From contig NC_088793.1 in NCBI RefSeq assembly GCF_011386835.1, positions 129,890,001-129,954,000 on the forward strand: a stretch of 64,000 bases of DNA, given 5' to 3'. The stretch is from Chrysemys picta bellii. Lineage: Eukaryota. Shown in pieces: positions 1 through 13,479 of this stretch (positions within the stretch are counted from its first letter, which is position 1; each line of letters begins with the position of its first letter). The notes under the pieces were generated by a model, which did no database searches, was not told the origin of the DNA, and saw only the letters and a program-made list of their open reading frames with translations. Position numbers and translations under genes: made by a program.

Positions 1-167
1 AAAAGAAGGAGGCGGTGCTGACGGACTGGATGCTTTGAAGAACAAGCCCCAACTCCACAGTATGGTGGCCAAGAGCCTTTGTCAGAATGCATCAGGAAAA
101 AACTACATCATCTTCACTGGCCCTAGCATTACCAGCCTGAACCTTTTTGAAGAGTTTGAGAAGCAAG
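1..167 (+). CDS. PGBD5: PGBD5 internal coding exon, truncated by the window start
   Basis: The frame from nt 2 reads [55 protein letters not shown], matching recalled vertebrate PGBD5. The exon ends CAAG|GTTTGT, a phase-1 donor at 168. Confidence 0.96.
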
Positions 168-1470
168 GTTTGTGACAGCTGATCCACTGACCATTCATGC
201 CGAAAGGCTTATAAATATCCTGCTGCCAGAAGTCAGCAAATAACCCAAAGTGTTTTTGATTGAGGCTTTATCTCCTCGCATAGCCATGAGCAGCCAAGCC
301 AGAGAAATCCTAAGGGTAACTTAGTCTGTTCATTACAAGGGGACCTGCAGAGGTTATTTAAACTGAGCTTGAGTTTTCCTTTGAGTCTTCATCATGTAGA
401 AAGAAGGCTATTTTTAAAAAGGGGTGGGGGAAGAAATAGGAGCGCTCTGATTTTTTTTCTCTTTTACCTTAGGAATTTAGACTCTGGTTATTCCTGGGTT
501 TTTCTCTGGAGGACTTCTTGGGGGGTCTTCTATATGTGTGGGAGTTCTTACTTGTGAAAAAAGGGTGTGGGGGAAGGGGGAATGTGCTGAGTCTTTACCT
601 AAGGCAAGGTCTACCCTAGAAACTTTAGCCAGTATAATGTCATTTGGGGAGCAATTTTTTTTTAAATGCAAAAGCCTTATGGTAGAGACAGTTGCTAGCA
701 AAGCACTCTTTTTCCCATATAAGCTGCACCTACACTAGAAGGGTTTGCCTATGTAGCAATACAGGCATAGGTATAGACTAGAGTTAGACCCAAGTGTGCG
801 TTAATCTGTGGTGTTAAATAGGTGTTGTACAAGTGATCTGAATTTCAGATGTGATGAGCATTCACAGCTCCCATTGAGTGCAGTTGTAGTCATAGATGTT
901 CCCACTCTGAAAATCAATCCCAAAGAGTTTAAAACAGTTACTGAACATTCACTCTCCCACGAACTGGTCAGCTTAAACTCTTCTCCAGTGATGCAACTTT
1001 TTCACTAGTTCTCCAGTCACCAGGATCTTCCATTGTAAACAAGATTTGAATTTCTAGCATCAAGAAGCATTTCCTTTGTAGATGAACACTTCACACCTTT
1101 CCGAAAACAAATAAAAACAAACCAAACAAACTGAGGCCACAAGCTCATTTTTTCCCCTCCTATGCTGTTCATCTTTGGGAGCCAAGTTCTGTTTTCAGCA
1201 CGGCTTCCACTGACAAAAGTCTACATCCATGTGGGACATTCAAGAATGGAATTTGGCCCACAATGTAGAAATAATTGGATTATTTTGATTCATACTTAAA
1301 AGGAAAATGACAGTGATTGGTTACAATACTTTAGCTACCTAATGCCTTCAATCTTGCCCTCAGCTCAGTGCATGCACACAGGTCTGCCATCATGGAGCAC
1401 AATGCAGGATTGGGTTGTAAATTATTTTACATACACTGTAAACACCCACAGAGCACTTTGAAATACATTC

Positions 1471-1489
1471 ATATATATATATATATATA
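1471..1489. repeat. (AT)n microsatellite
   Basis: Read directly from the sequence. Confidence 0.9.
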
Positions 1490-2821
1490 GACGTAATTAT
1501 GGGTTCTCTCAATACTTTAAATATAATGGCCACATGGTCAACAAGTCAAGAATATTTATATTACACTGGAGTTTTCCCTCTAATGACTGGAGAATATTCC
1601 TTCTGAATTTTTTTCATAAAATGTTATGGCTGGCTGCCTACAGGGCCATTATATTTCTAGCATTATAAAAGCCATTTGATCAAATGTCTAGTTATTATGC
1701 ATGAGAACCCAAATATTCCAGTGTGTCTAATTCGTAAGCCATTTCAGTTGAAATAAGGGGTTACTAGATCCTTAGACCTAAAACTGTGACTTTTGGAAAA
1801 TGATCCTTTATGCTGACAGATTTGTGAAAGAGAAAGAAGGGGATAACATTCTCCACTGTGTCTCTGGAATCACAGTAGAAAAGAATCCTGGCTACTGAAC
1901 CACCACAGTATTTCTTTCTCACAGGTAACTCCGATTACCTACAGTAGTTAACTACTCACAGGCATTGCACTGGAGAGAACTCAAATTACCAACTGTTAGC
2001 AGGTAGCGGACACTAAATGGCTTCTAGAGATTCAAAGTTAGGTACGTTATCTGATCAAAAATGAAAACCCTGTGCAACGTTCAGTTCCTGGTTCATGTTT
2101 TGTTATGTGGCTCCATGCGATTTTGTGATCCATGACAACTGCTTCCTCTGCATTCCATTCACTAGCAGAAATGATAGTGGGTCTCGATTTGGGAACTTAA
2201 TTTTGGGAGACTCAGAGCAGATTTACTAGCTTTTTGGTAAATAGCTTGGGTACGCCTTACAAAGCAGGTTGCAGTGGGAACATTGACACACTGTGTTAAA
2301 CAGGGACATGGGATTGTTTGGCTTTTATGTTTTGGGTGATAAAGGCTAGCTCACTGGCTTGGCAGGGCATATTGAATTGGAAGTAAATCAAGAGCCCTGG
2401 AGGAGACTGTGCATCCTGACCCTACCCACAGAGCCAGAGGTAGGGTACTATAGTCAGCACTTGCTGTGATCCCGCAGCGTTAGCTGTGAAATTTGGAGCA
2501 GAGCAAAGATTTGCTAGTGGAAGGCCTAGCATCCCCCATAGAAAACAATTCTCCTGGTGTGTCCCAATTTCATGCATTCAGGCCGAACAGTAGCATCAGG
2601 TTGATCAGTACTCCTGGCTAACAGAGCAATGCTTAGTTGGGGAATTAAAGCCACACAAGGATAAAAATGCAACTAAGAATGAGAGTGTCCTGAGAGAACC
2701 TGAGGAACCTGCTTCACTATAGAGGATGAGAGCAACCTTGCAAAATTAAGATACATTCCTAGCATATTGGATTAACTTTTTTTGTTCTAGAGAAATTATA
2801 GTGCCTGGGCTAGAGCTGAAT

Positions 2822-3028
2822 GAATAATAAATAATAATGATAATAATATATGGAGATATACCTATCTCATAGAACTGGAAGGGACCTGAAAGGTCATAGA
2901 GTCCAGCCCCGTGCCTTCACTAGCAGGACCAAGTACTGATTTTGCCCCAGATCCCTAAGTGGCCCCCTCAAGGATTGAATTCATAACTCTGGGTTTATCA
3001 GGCCAATGCTCAAACCACTGAGCTATCC
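2822..3028 (-). mobile_element. Tortoise Pol III SINE (tRNA-derived head, CR1-like 3' tail)
   Basis: The reverse complement begins GGATAGCTCAGTGGTTTGAGCATTGGCC...GAATTCAATCC (A and B boxes) and ends in a CR1-like tail (ggtcccttccagttctatgag) with a (TAT/TTA)n stretch. Confidence 0.85.
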
Positions 3029-3905
3029 ACTGAGAGGTGGAGAAAAAAAATTCGACTCAAAGGAATTTCTATTCATCCATCTTTGCAATGCTTTCTGTGA
3101 ATCTTTAACATGGGCAGTGGGGAAAGATTTGAACCAAGACTTTTTAACCAAAAAACCCCCAAACAAACTAGTTATTAGGTACCTTAGTAGTTGGGTGCCT
3201 GAACTGACATCTTGACAGGGCCTGATTTTTCTGAAAGTGCTGGTCACCTGTCCTCTGAAAGTCAGAGCCTTTAGGATTCCCTTCCATTGGAATCCAAAAG
3301 TGTAGGCACCAATAAATAAAATCACTGTTCACTTTTGGAAAACTTTGGTCAAGGCTTTTGTGGAGACTTCGCTAGAAAATTACCTCCCCCGTCTGTTTCA
3401 TAACTACAATAGTACTGTTCTGAAATTAGTAATAACCTTAATTGTATCACCACAAAGTGTTTCTGTGAATATAAAAGGATGTCTGCAGCACTCAATTCCA
3501 AAGAACTCATTAGGTTTGGACCATGGGCTTCTTCTGAAAAATAAGAACGTCCTCTCTGACTGTTTCTAAAACCAAACTCTATGTAAGCCTACTTTATGCT
3601 CCATGGTCATAAAGATAGTTATATAAGTTTCTGGTTTCCAAGTAGAACAGGAACCAGGTATTAAAATGACACAGGAAATGCTATTCTGTGAGGAGTTTCA
3701 GATGTGACTAGAAGTAGAGATGCCAGAAATTTTATGAGAGCCTGTCCATGAGTGAGCTTGAATCTCACCAGAAGTTTAGATACTGCTGTTTGTGAACTGA
3801 ACCACTGAACTGGTTGAGATTCCGTACCTAAGCACAGATTTGTGGGCTGCTTTTTTAGTTTGAAATAGAAATGATAGTTGGAATGGGCCCTGTATGAATG
3901 AAGCC

Positions 3906-4042
3906 CATAGGTGCTGGAACTAGGGGTGCTGAGGGTGTTGCCACACTCCCTGGCTTGAAGTGGTTTTCATCATATACAGGGTTTACAGTTGGATTCAATG
4001 GCTCTCAGCATCCCCACTATAAAAATTGTTCCAGCACCCCTG
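3906..4042. mobile_element. hAT-type MITE (137 bp)
   Basis: TIRs cataggtgctggaac / gttccagcacccctg. Perfect 8-bp TSD atgaagcc at 3898-3905 and 4043-4050. Confidence 0.9.
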
Positions 4043-4097
4043 ATGAAGCCCTCTTACATTTCCCTCTGAAGCAAGAATGTTACCATTGACTTATGAG

Positions 4098-4411
4098 TAG
4101 GGCCCTACCAAATTCAGTTCATTTTGATCAATTTGACAGCTAGAGAGTTTTTTAATTGATCAATTTCAAGTTTTCAGCTGTTTACGTCTGAAATTTCACG
4201 GTGTTGTAACCGTGGAGGTCCCAACCCAAAAGGTGGTGAGTCTGATCTGCCCCATTTCTCCCGCACAGCAGCCCTGCAGGGGAAGGACAAGTCCTGTCCC
4301 TCCCCAGCCTGGCAGGGACTTGCAGCAAGGGGGAGGTCAGATTTCACAGGGAAAGGCTTATTTCACAATCTGGGACACGTTTTTCATGGCTGTGAAATTG
4401 GTAGGGCCCTA
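4098..4411. mobile_element. hAT-type MITE
   Basis: TIRs tagggccctaccaaattca / tgaaattggtagggcccta. TSD cttatgag / cttatgac (7/8). Confidence 0.88.
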
Positions 4412-7006
4412 CTTATGACTGGGGACCAGTCAATCAGACTTCTTTTGAATTCTGTAAAACTTCATTTTCTTCTGGGCTGTAATAAAACATGCTAAGCGTT
4501 TAATTAAATTTGGACCACACCATTGTGCCAGATGGGCTTAATTTTTATTGCTGCTATTGCCATAGTAACTGGTTGTTTTAAATTACAACTTTTAAAAACC
4601 TCCACAAATTACATATGCCATCCTCTGCAAGTGGTGATACTAAATCTGCAGCTATCATATTTGTCACCACTTTGTGTTATGTAAGGAGATGCTTCATTAT
4701 TTTTTCTTGAGAGATGTGCAAGATGGTTCCTATTATCTTGTGAAAAGAGCAAAACAGCTGCTTGAGTCTTTTGCAAGCTTACATGAGCTTAAGAAAAGGC
4801 TGCACTTAATTACCTCAGCAATCCTAAGAACAGTAATGTACTGGCTAGAGCGGCTGTGTACTACTGCCCTCTGCTGAAGAGAATTAAAATGGCCTTTCAG
4901 TGAGTCATAGACCCTATATTGCTAACAGCTAAAGGAAATTCTTCTCTAGGTTCAGGGATTGTGCTTTTGGAGCAGGAGGATCAGAGTTCTAATCCTGCTG
5001 CTTCAGTGACATTCTCAATGGCACAGTGACAACTAAAATGGTAGGTGGTCACAGACTTGTTAAAGAAAGTTTCAGAGATGGTGGTAGCAAGAGGGTTTTT
5101 AGCACATATTATATGTATACTTGTCCCACCTCAGTGCAGAGATCTCTTGTCAATTCCCTCCCAGCCATTTCTATGATTTGAAATTCCACTGGTTGAGATC
5201 AGAATTGGCAGATCACACAGGATCCATTAGACAGCTCCTCCCCTAAAATCAAATAGCTAAGTTGATGTGTTGGTTTTCCATTCTGACATTTAAAAAGCTC
5301 ATGTCTTCTAATTGAAGAGCCACTGCTTCAGTCTTATTGCTGGGGCAACAGGAACAATTATATTTTTATGTAAAAATGTAATGCAGCTGTAATTTTTTTT
5401 TTTTTTAAGTTATAGTTCTGTGGTCTCCCAGCCTGTGGTTTTTTTTCCGGGTTTTATAGAGCACTGTTCGGGAAATCTCAAGTACCAGTTGCCAATTGTT
5501 TGCTGCTCTTGGATCAGTTCATGAGCACTATTGATTATTTGTATTACCATAGCACCTAGGAGCTCTAGTGAAGGACCAGGACCCCACTGCACTAGGTGCC
5601 GTATAAACAGAACCCCCCCACACACAAAAGACTGTTCCCACGCCAAAGAGCGTACAGAATACCAGAAGGACAAAGGCAGAAGAGCCGCATAGTATGTAAC
5701 AGCCTCTATTCCCCCTTGATCAAGTGGTTTGATTTTTAATATTCTTTATTTGCTGAAGGATGATAGTTCAATAAGTAGATTTTAGACTCTAAAATTTAGG
5801 TCAGTGTTCTCAGTTGACAGACCTATTTTGTTTTACCTGAAATAGCAGCTTTGGGCTGCTGTAGTTTAAGTGGAGTACACAAACTTAAGTGGATCAGTCT
5901 AAGTATAATATACACACAGATGTGCGCGCTCTGATTCCCTTCATATAGTCAAAACAAAGCCTAGACGGTTGGGGAGGAGATTTGGATTTAAGATTTCCTG
6001 GATTTTGTAAAGCTCACATCAGGACGAGGACATTGCTTCGCAGTATAGAGTATCTCAATACTGAAAGATTTGACTCTTGGCCAAAACTGGATTTGATCCT
6101 TTAATCCAGTTGATCAGCTGTTTGATTTGGGGATTTCTTTGACTAAATTTCCTATGCAGAGTATCTCTCTTCTCACAGCAAGAAATTCTATTACTATATG
6201 CTCTTTAAATTAATCAGATGAATGGAAGTTTTAACAATCTGATATTTTTCTGATCACATACACATACTCAACACAAGCCAGGCACTGTCATTATTAATGT
6301 GTGTTAAATGATTTGGTTATTCTGACATGGCTGCATTGATTGCTAGAGTGAGACATGTCTGGGTTTCACAACATATGAATTTACTCATTGGTCCGTTTGT
6401 CATGGTTGAACGAGGGTAGAATTGATGAGCGTTGATAAGATTGTACTGTAAGGAAATTGTAGGCTGAGTTGTCCTCTGCTAGCACCAAAAGCTGTCAGCC
6501 ATAGGCACTAGGATTAAAAGCACCATGGGGGGTCATTTCAGACAACTTAAGGAGGCCAAAGCCTTTTTTCCAATTTATCAGCGTAGTTAAACATGGAAGA
6601 AAGTACATCCTCCACTACTGTGTCGAGTCTAATGCTAAATGCCCAAAGCAATGTGGCCTCCTCCCTGGGAGTAAATTTCACAACCTAATAGATTTCATTG
6701 TTGGGAAGTTCAGCTACTCAGCCTATATCATACCCCTGTTTATCATATTAAAATCACCTGGAGAACTGGCTCTCTGGACTTGTGTATTGAATGCATTTCT
6801 TCCTGGAGCCTGGAAAAAAGAAAAAGAAAAAAGTGGTCCAGGATACCACAGGGAAATCCTCGGCCATTGGCCAACCTATGTATCTACTGGCTTAGTTTTA
6901 GGACCAGTTCTTCTTCCGGTCAAATAGGTCAGACAGCCCCACTGTCATTTATGCCTAAACCTATAGGATGGTTTGCTGATGGGAATTTATTCTCTTTCAT
7001 GTGCAG

Positions 7007-7204
7007 AGATTTATTGCTGCGGATTGCTGAGTTCCAGAAAAAGTGACTGCACAGGCCTACCTCCATCAATGCTGCATAACCCAGATGCGCCTCAGTCCAG
7101 AGGGCAGTACAGAATAAAGATGAAGGGAAACATGTCCCTGATCTGCTGGTATAACAAAGGGCATTTTCGTTTTCTCACTAATGCCTATTCTCCAGTTCAA
7201 CAAG
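7007..7204 (+). CDS. PGBD5: PGBD5 coding exon (198 nt, phase 1/1)
   Basis: Acceptor tctctttcatgtgcag|AG and donor CAAG|GTGAGC. Translates (E)[65 protein letters not shown]. Confidence 0.96.
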
Positions 7205-9099
7205 GTGAGCAGTCAGCAGTATCGCTACCTGTACTGTGACCATGTTTTTCAAAATAGGTGACAAGACAAGATAGGACACTTGGGAAGTTTGATAACCCCA
7301 GACAAGAAGCTTGATAATTATCCTAGATAAACCGTAGCATTAATGATAATTTCCATTGCGTTTGCTCTTGTCCATAAGGTACTAGTTAATCTACATTAGC
7401 AGTGGCTAAAAGTGTTCTGTCTGCAACGGATGTCTTCTGTGCATAAAGGTTAAAAAAAGCTTACTAATGCTGCCAGCTAATAGTTACTCTTTTAGCTGGC
7501 ACCGTAGAGAGCTGTTCCTTTTTGGTGTTATACATATCCCAGCTGACCTATGGTGGTGCAGAGAGTTGTAATGGAGGTTAAAATCCTATATGTAACAAGG
7601 TGTCTCATGAGATAATTGCATGATAAGTCTTTGTAAAGAGGAACTCCTAAATGCATAAAATATTTTGGACCAATAAGAACCATACTGAGTATAAAACTCA
7701 GTGACCAGATTCTACAATTAGTTTCTCCTATGGATTTAAAACCCATTCATCACATACAAATGGCTTTTGGCAAGAGCCTTCCCATTGCATACTAAACTGA
7801 TTGTGCAGCTGCTGAAAAGAAAACCAGAACAGCCAAAAATATATTTGAGAGTAGTTTAGATTAAGAAACTATTCACAAAGACTCAGCTGAAATTGATCTT
7901 ACTATGAGAGGGGTTTTTTTTTTAAGGGACTCAGATTTTTAGGCATAATGTAAGTTTTGAAAAAATATTTACAAAACCCAACATAAAAGGACATTTTAAA
8001 AGAATAGTTTGTCCATTTAAAATCTCTTGTAGTTCTATTGTCCAAAGTGAGTAAGATACAAAAATCAAATTATAGTTGAAAGACTTATGTATTTACAAAT
8101 TTAAGGTGCTACTGCTTACAAAGGTAACTTGGTGCTTAAACCACATTCTCAAAAACGTGTACAGAATTTAAGGTATTCAGGTGCCAGTCATAGAAGTGAA
8201 GTGTTGCATAGCCACACATTTGACTAAATCTCACGGGAATTGGGGGGTCATTTATCAGAACTCACCACACATCCTAACCTTTATACGATGAGCTAGGGAA
8301 CTGGACACTACTTGGAATGCTATTATATGTCACAAGAGAACATTGGATTTAACTAAAAAGAGACGCAGATAACTTGAAAGGGTTGGTATCATAGGGCCTG
8401 ATTCTAAAAAACACATGAGAAAGAAGTTACATATGAGTAGTTCAATTGAAACCCATGGAATTAAATAAAGTTACTGTATGTTTGCAGAATCAGACACCAG
8501 CAGTACAGAATTAGAGCCTTTCGAATAAGACCTTGAACTTAATTCAATTTAAAATTTAACAAGCTAATTTATGGTCATTATGTTGTCTGCTTTTTGCATA
8601 TTAGCTAGTTTGGACAATGCAATTGGAGTAATTAAACCAAAGTCAAGTCAATGAGCGTCACCTGGTTCTCATGCACTAGCACAAAGCTGCTTTCTTTGGC
8701 TACAATTACTAAAAACAAGTTTCAGAAAAGAAAAATGTATTTGTTTGTAAAGGTGGTGGTGACTATTAAGCTTTACAAACAAAACAAACTGGTTGAATGT
8801 CCCTTTAACAGAAGCAGAGCAGACACACAACAAATTTTACACCTGGGTGTGAAAATCTGCACCCATCTCAGCGTAGTCACACACTGGTACGTAGATGAGG
8901 CCAGAACCTCAGCTGGTATAAACTCATGTAGTTCCATTTACAGAACAGGATAATGGTTTACAAAGTTTAGCCTGTATGGTATGCAAAATCTTTGAAGTAC
9001 ATGTTTACTAACATGCTTCACCTGGATTCTTGATAAAGAACATTAAACAAATTGTTTTCTCTTAATCTGCTACTATTTGAGATATAGGCTAGGGAGAAA

Positions 9100-9600
9100 A
9101 GATAAAGACTTCAGTTGAGATTTGAGAAAGGAGGGAGATTTAGTGAGACTGGTAGAGGGCCAGATTGCCAGGTGGTATAAATTGGAATCTCTCAGTTGAA
9201 GTGAATGTAGCGATGCCAGTTTATGCCAACTAAGGCTCTGGCTCAAGAAGTCTCTTTCCAATGTCCGGGGCACAGAAGAGAAGTCTTTCACACACTGTGG
9301 CGAGACTGTAGTAAAGCCAATGTTGAGCACATGGATTGAGTGGGGAAGGAAGGAGAGGGAGAGAAGTCAGTGATGTTGTAGACGGGAATAAGCAAATGGA
9401 AGGGAGTTTTGAACTGGAGCCTGAGATGAGTGGGGGCCAGTGGAATAGTTTGACAATGGAGCCATGTTGTCACAGCTTTTTGCGTGTAAAAGTGGGCAGC
9501 AGCTTACTGCACCCAGGGGGACTTGAGAAGGAAGTTGCTATAGTGAGGACAAGAGCAAGTTGAGGCATGGATGAGGATTTCAGCAAAGGTGGAGGCAACA
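9100..9600 (-). mobile_element. Degraded L2-clade LINE fragment (3' part of the RT ORF)
   Basis: The minus strand with one frameshift gives H-W-P-P-x-H-L-R-L-Q-F-K, resembling the L2-clade HWLPxxxRIxFK motif. Boundaries are approximate. Confidence 0.55.
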
Positions 9601-9984
9601 AGTAATGACCTAGTTACTTACTTTACATAAAATAAAAACAGAGAAAGGGAATCTCACCTGTGTCCTGACTACAAACCCCACTCAAGTCTGGGGAGAGGCA
9701 TGGCGGAGAAGGGCTCTTCTCAAAACCAAGCTATGAATCCCATTTTTAGATGTAGCGTGTGACTTATGAAAGTTTTGGACCAGTTTGTCATAATACATGC
9801 TCATGATTGCTCAAGACTGAAAGCCTTTTGTTTACAGTACTGCACAAATAAGTAACTTGCGTATTCTGCTATCAGACGTGTTGTCTCCACATTAAGAAAC
9901 AAAACAAAATTCTGTTTCCTTAAATAAGTAGTTTAATGGGAGAAGTTTAAAAATTTACTGTCTGTATTATGTATCATGCCTTGG

Positions 9985-10430
9985 GGCTCCAGTGTGCTAG
10001 GTACTGCACAGTCAGTACTAAACAGTCCCAGCTCTGGAGAGCATACAACCTAAATAGACCAGACGGACGAACAGTGGGGGAAAAGGGATAGAACACAAAA
10101 CAGAGTGATGGGGTGCAAATGGCATGTTAGTGCCACAATTTTTGTCTGGGGAGAGGTGGTGATTATGGGTGTAACTTTGAGTGGGGTTTAGGTATTTTGG
10201 GAGTTAACTAAACAGATAGATAGGTGAAGAGAGGAGTCATTGAAGGGAGGGGGAAAGGGCAGGGGAGATGAAATTGAGGAATGCGGAAGGCAAATGGAGT
10301 GAGGCTGAGGTGACCACCAGATGATGGGAGGGGGCAGGAGGGGTTGGGGCAAACAACCAATCAGTGCAGGGCAGAGAACGACCAGCCTCAAAACTGTGGA
10401 AGTAGCCCGCTAGTATCATCAATCCAGCAC
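9985..10430. repeat. Old interspersed repeat, diverged partner of about 12490-13040; family uncertain (L2/MIR-like tail motif)
   Basis: Shared blocks include gtgctag...acagtccc...gag, and cagagtgatggggtgcaaatggcatgttagtgccac versus cagagtgatggtttgcaaacagcaggttagtgccat. The tail motif also occurs at about 5560-5660 and 60190-61005. Confidence 0.4.
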
Positions 10431-12675
10431 TCACTGTGAAGCTCCTTTTAAACAGTTTCTCCTGCTGGCTTGAGTCTTTGGCTGGCTGCCTCTTTGCATT
10501 GTCTTCCCTGCTTTCCCAAATGCTACACAAATGGGAGTAGGCAGAGGAGGAAAAAGTTACCGCATGGGTACTAGTGCCCCCAAAATAGGCTCTTCCCTGC
10601 ACAGCTCTGGGCCCAGAGGGTACTGTGGGGAGGAGCAGCCCTGGCTGGTTAAGTTAAATTAGTTCTCTGAAACATTTAACTCATAAAAGGGCCAGAACCT
10701 GAAAGTCTGGAGGAAAGCCGAATAATTTATTATAAAACAAACTGACTTCAGCAATTTACACCAGTTGAAGATTTTGGCCCTAAACGAGAATTCACTGATA
10801 TGTCTGGTGGGGAAAAGCGTTGTAGTAGAATTATGCTTCAGACCTTTCAAACTATGGAAATTCAGGTCTACGCATTTCCTTACATCACAGGACTTTGAGG
10901 ATTTGTTAGATGGATATCTGTACAGCACTTTGAACCCGCAGTGCTCTGTTCACCCCTATTGGTTCACACACCCCAATAACAGCCCCTGCACACTATGGAA
11001 GATGCAAGCTGCTCCTAGTATTACCAACCCACTGTTCAAAAATCATGAGTCAGGGATTGGCTAAAAGTCATGATTAAAAAAAAAAAAAAAAAAAACCCCG
11101 ATGGTTTTATTTGCCTTCTGGTGGCTGAGCTTTAGCATGCGATTGGGTCACATTTTCAAGCTTTTCTGTAACCACAGCTCACTTTTCCCCCCTTTCCAAT
11201 AAAAGCTGAGATTCTCACAATCACATGATGCCAGGAGCTGGAGCGTTAAGGGAAAACCACCACACACACTATCATAAGAGTTGTGATTAAAAAAAAACAC
11301 TAAAAATTTCACAAGAGTTGGCAGCACGGCCCACCTCTCTCCACAACCCAGGAAAGAACAAGCAGTGTTTGCAGCATAGTACTTCTTTGGGAGCTCCACC
11401 AGGGGAAGGGCTACATAGGAGCCCTGTTAGCAAAGACATCTATGGGGGGGGGGTCTCCTGAATGAGCACATCATCTGTGTATCCTGGCCATGCCACCTCT
11501 CAGCCAGTGCTATGTGCTGGGGCACTGTTGACCAGAGGGGTTCCCAGGGCAGTGCCAAAAAGTTTTGAGCAATTTGTGCCACCCCAACCTCCTTCTGGGG
11601 AACCTTGCTGGGCCCCCTCCTACCAATGGCTTGAATCAAGCCTGTGAAGTGCTATAAGATAAACCTATCCACATTCCAGAAATCGAAACAGTTTAACAGT
11701 CTATAATGGAAAATAAGAAGTAGTACATGGTGCCTATGTAGCTGTAATCACACATTTTTAGTGAAAGTGAATGGTGGAAGGCGAATCAAAGGAAATTCTA
11801 GAAGCCAAAAAAAGAGTCACCAAAAACACCTGCACTAAACAGATCTTATACTTTCCAACCTACTAGGGGAAAGACAGCCTTGTCTTCATACAGTCAACCA
11901 GATCTTTTAGGACAATTCCAGCAAAGAAAATAAAAACACCCTTACTGGGCATGTTGAGGGCAATAAGAAATATTGATTTCGTTAGCTTTAAGGGTTCCCC
12001 TCCCCTTTGCCCCCGCCCCCATGTTCTGGTTACACCTATTATGCATCATGCTCAACTCTATCATCATTTGGGACTCATTAAAATCTGTCACTCAAAGGCT
12101 TTAAATAAATAGTCATATGGATCAGTCATAAATGACACTTAGTATGTGCTGCGAGTCTTAGATTCAAAACAGGGCCTGCCAAGTAGGGTGTCATAGGGGG
12201 CATGTTAGAGATAATGGAGGGAACTGTACTTCTAGCCAAAGGAATTTAATTCTTGAGCCTGTAATCAAAACAGGAGTAACAATTTTGGTCTGGATGGCTT
12301 ATGAAGTAATTTAATGGTTTAGAAGATTCAGGAAAGACCAGAGAGCAGGGAGGAGTCTGGGATCTCATCCAAACTGAGACCGTGACTAAAAGTGGGACCA
12401 AGGCACCTTAATCCTGTGTGTCTCAGTAACTTCAGCCAAGCTGAGCTGCCTTCCAGGAGGAATGATGATAGTGCCTGGGAGACAGTGAAGAACAGGGTTC
12501 CATTGTGCTAGACACCATACAGAGTGAGAGAGACAGTCCCTGCTTCAAAGAGTTTACAGTTTAAATACACCAGACAGTCAACGCCTAAGGGAAAAGAATA
12601 GAACATACCTGCAGAGGGAACAGAGTGATGGTTTGCAAACAGCAGGTTAGTGCCATAGTTTCCCCCCCAAGGCGT

Positions 12676-12823
12676 GATTCATAGATTCCAAGACCAGAAG
12701 GGACCATTGTGATCATCCAGTCTGACTTCCTGTATAGCACAGGCCAGAGAACTTCCCCCCCCCCCCCCCCCCAATCATTCCTAGAGCAGAGCTTTTAGAA
12801 AAACATCCCATCTTGATTTAAAA
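12676..12823 (-). mobile_element. CR1 LINE 3' end fragment, inside the 12490-13040 repeat
   Basis: gattcatagattccaagaccagaagggaccattgtgatcatccagtctgac is the reverse complement of a CR1 3' tail. Confidence 0.7.
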
Positions 12824-13062
12824 GTGGGTCCTTGGGAGGGTATTTGGGGGGAGGGGGGTTTAGTTAGGAGGGGATACGTTTAAACAGGAAGACAAAAGCA
12901 GAGAAGACAGAGGGCAGGAAGAAGGGGAGCGCGGAGGCAAGGTGATGTGAAGGTGACGTGACTGGGAGGGAGGGAGATGGAACAAATAGCCAGTCACACG
13001 GGCTAGACCGGCCAGAAAACTGCAAAAAGCTGCCTGATGACATCAGTCCCCTGGAGTCGCTA

Positions 13063-13200
13063 GGGTTATGTCTACACAGCCCACAGCAGTGAGCCTTCCA
13101 GCCCAGAGTGACCATGCTAGGGAAGCTCATGTTAGCACTGTAAAAATAGCTGTGTAGATTGTGCTTGGAAGTTGCGGTTCAGGCTTTGAAGCCCCACCTC
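13063..13200. mobile_element. PIF/Harbinger-type MITE fragment
   Basis: Terminal motif gggttatgtctacac, related to the ggctatgtctacac ends at 16257 and 54685. Confidence 0.5.
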
Positions 13201-13479
13201 CCAGGTGGGTACCCTACCCAAAGGGCTAGAGAGTCATTCCTTCCTTCACACCTAGGCTCGCTCTCTCTGGCCCAATGACTATTTAAGTATTTATCCAGAG
13301 AGTGGAACAGTCACTGGGCCAGAGAGAGAACACAAGAGGGGGAATGGTTGTGTAGTCTTGTGGTTAAGGCATCCACCTGGGAGGCAGGAGACCCCAGGCC
13401 CAGTCCCCTCACTGTAATCATTGTTTCATTATTTAGTCACAGTGAAACAGCTTTAACAGGATGAGATTGGGGGAGCCCC

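Noticed and set aside
2960-3028. tRNA-like A/B boxes (also at 21700-21769 and 60857-60925)
   Set aside because: These are heads of repeats fused to CR1 tails or LTR-like ends, with no complete cloverleaf. Not called as tRNA genes.
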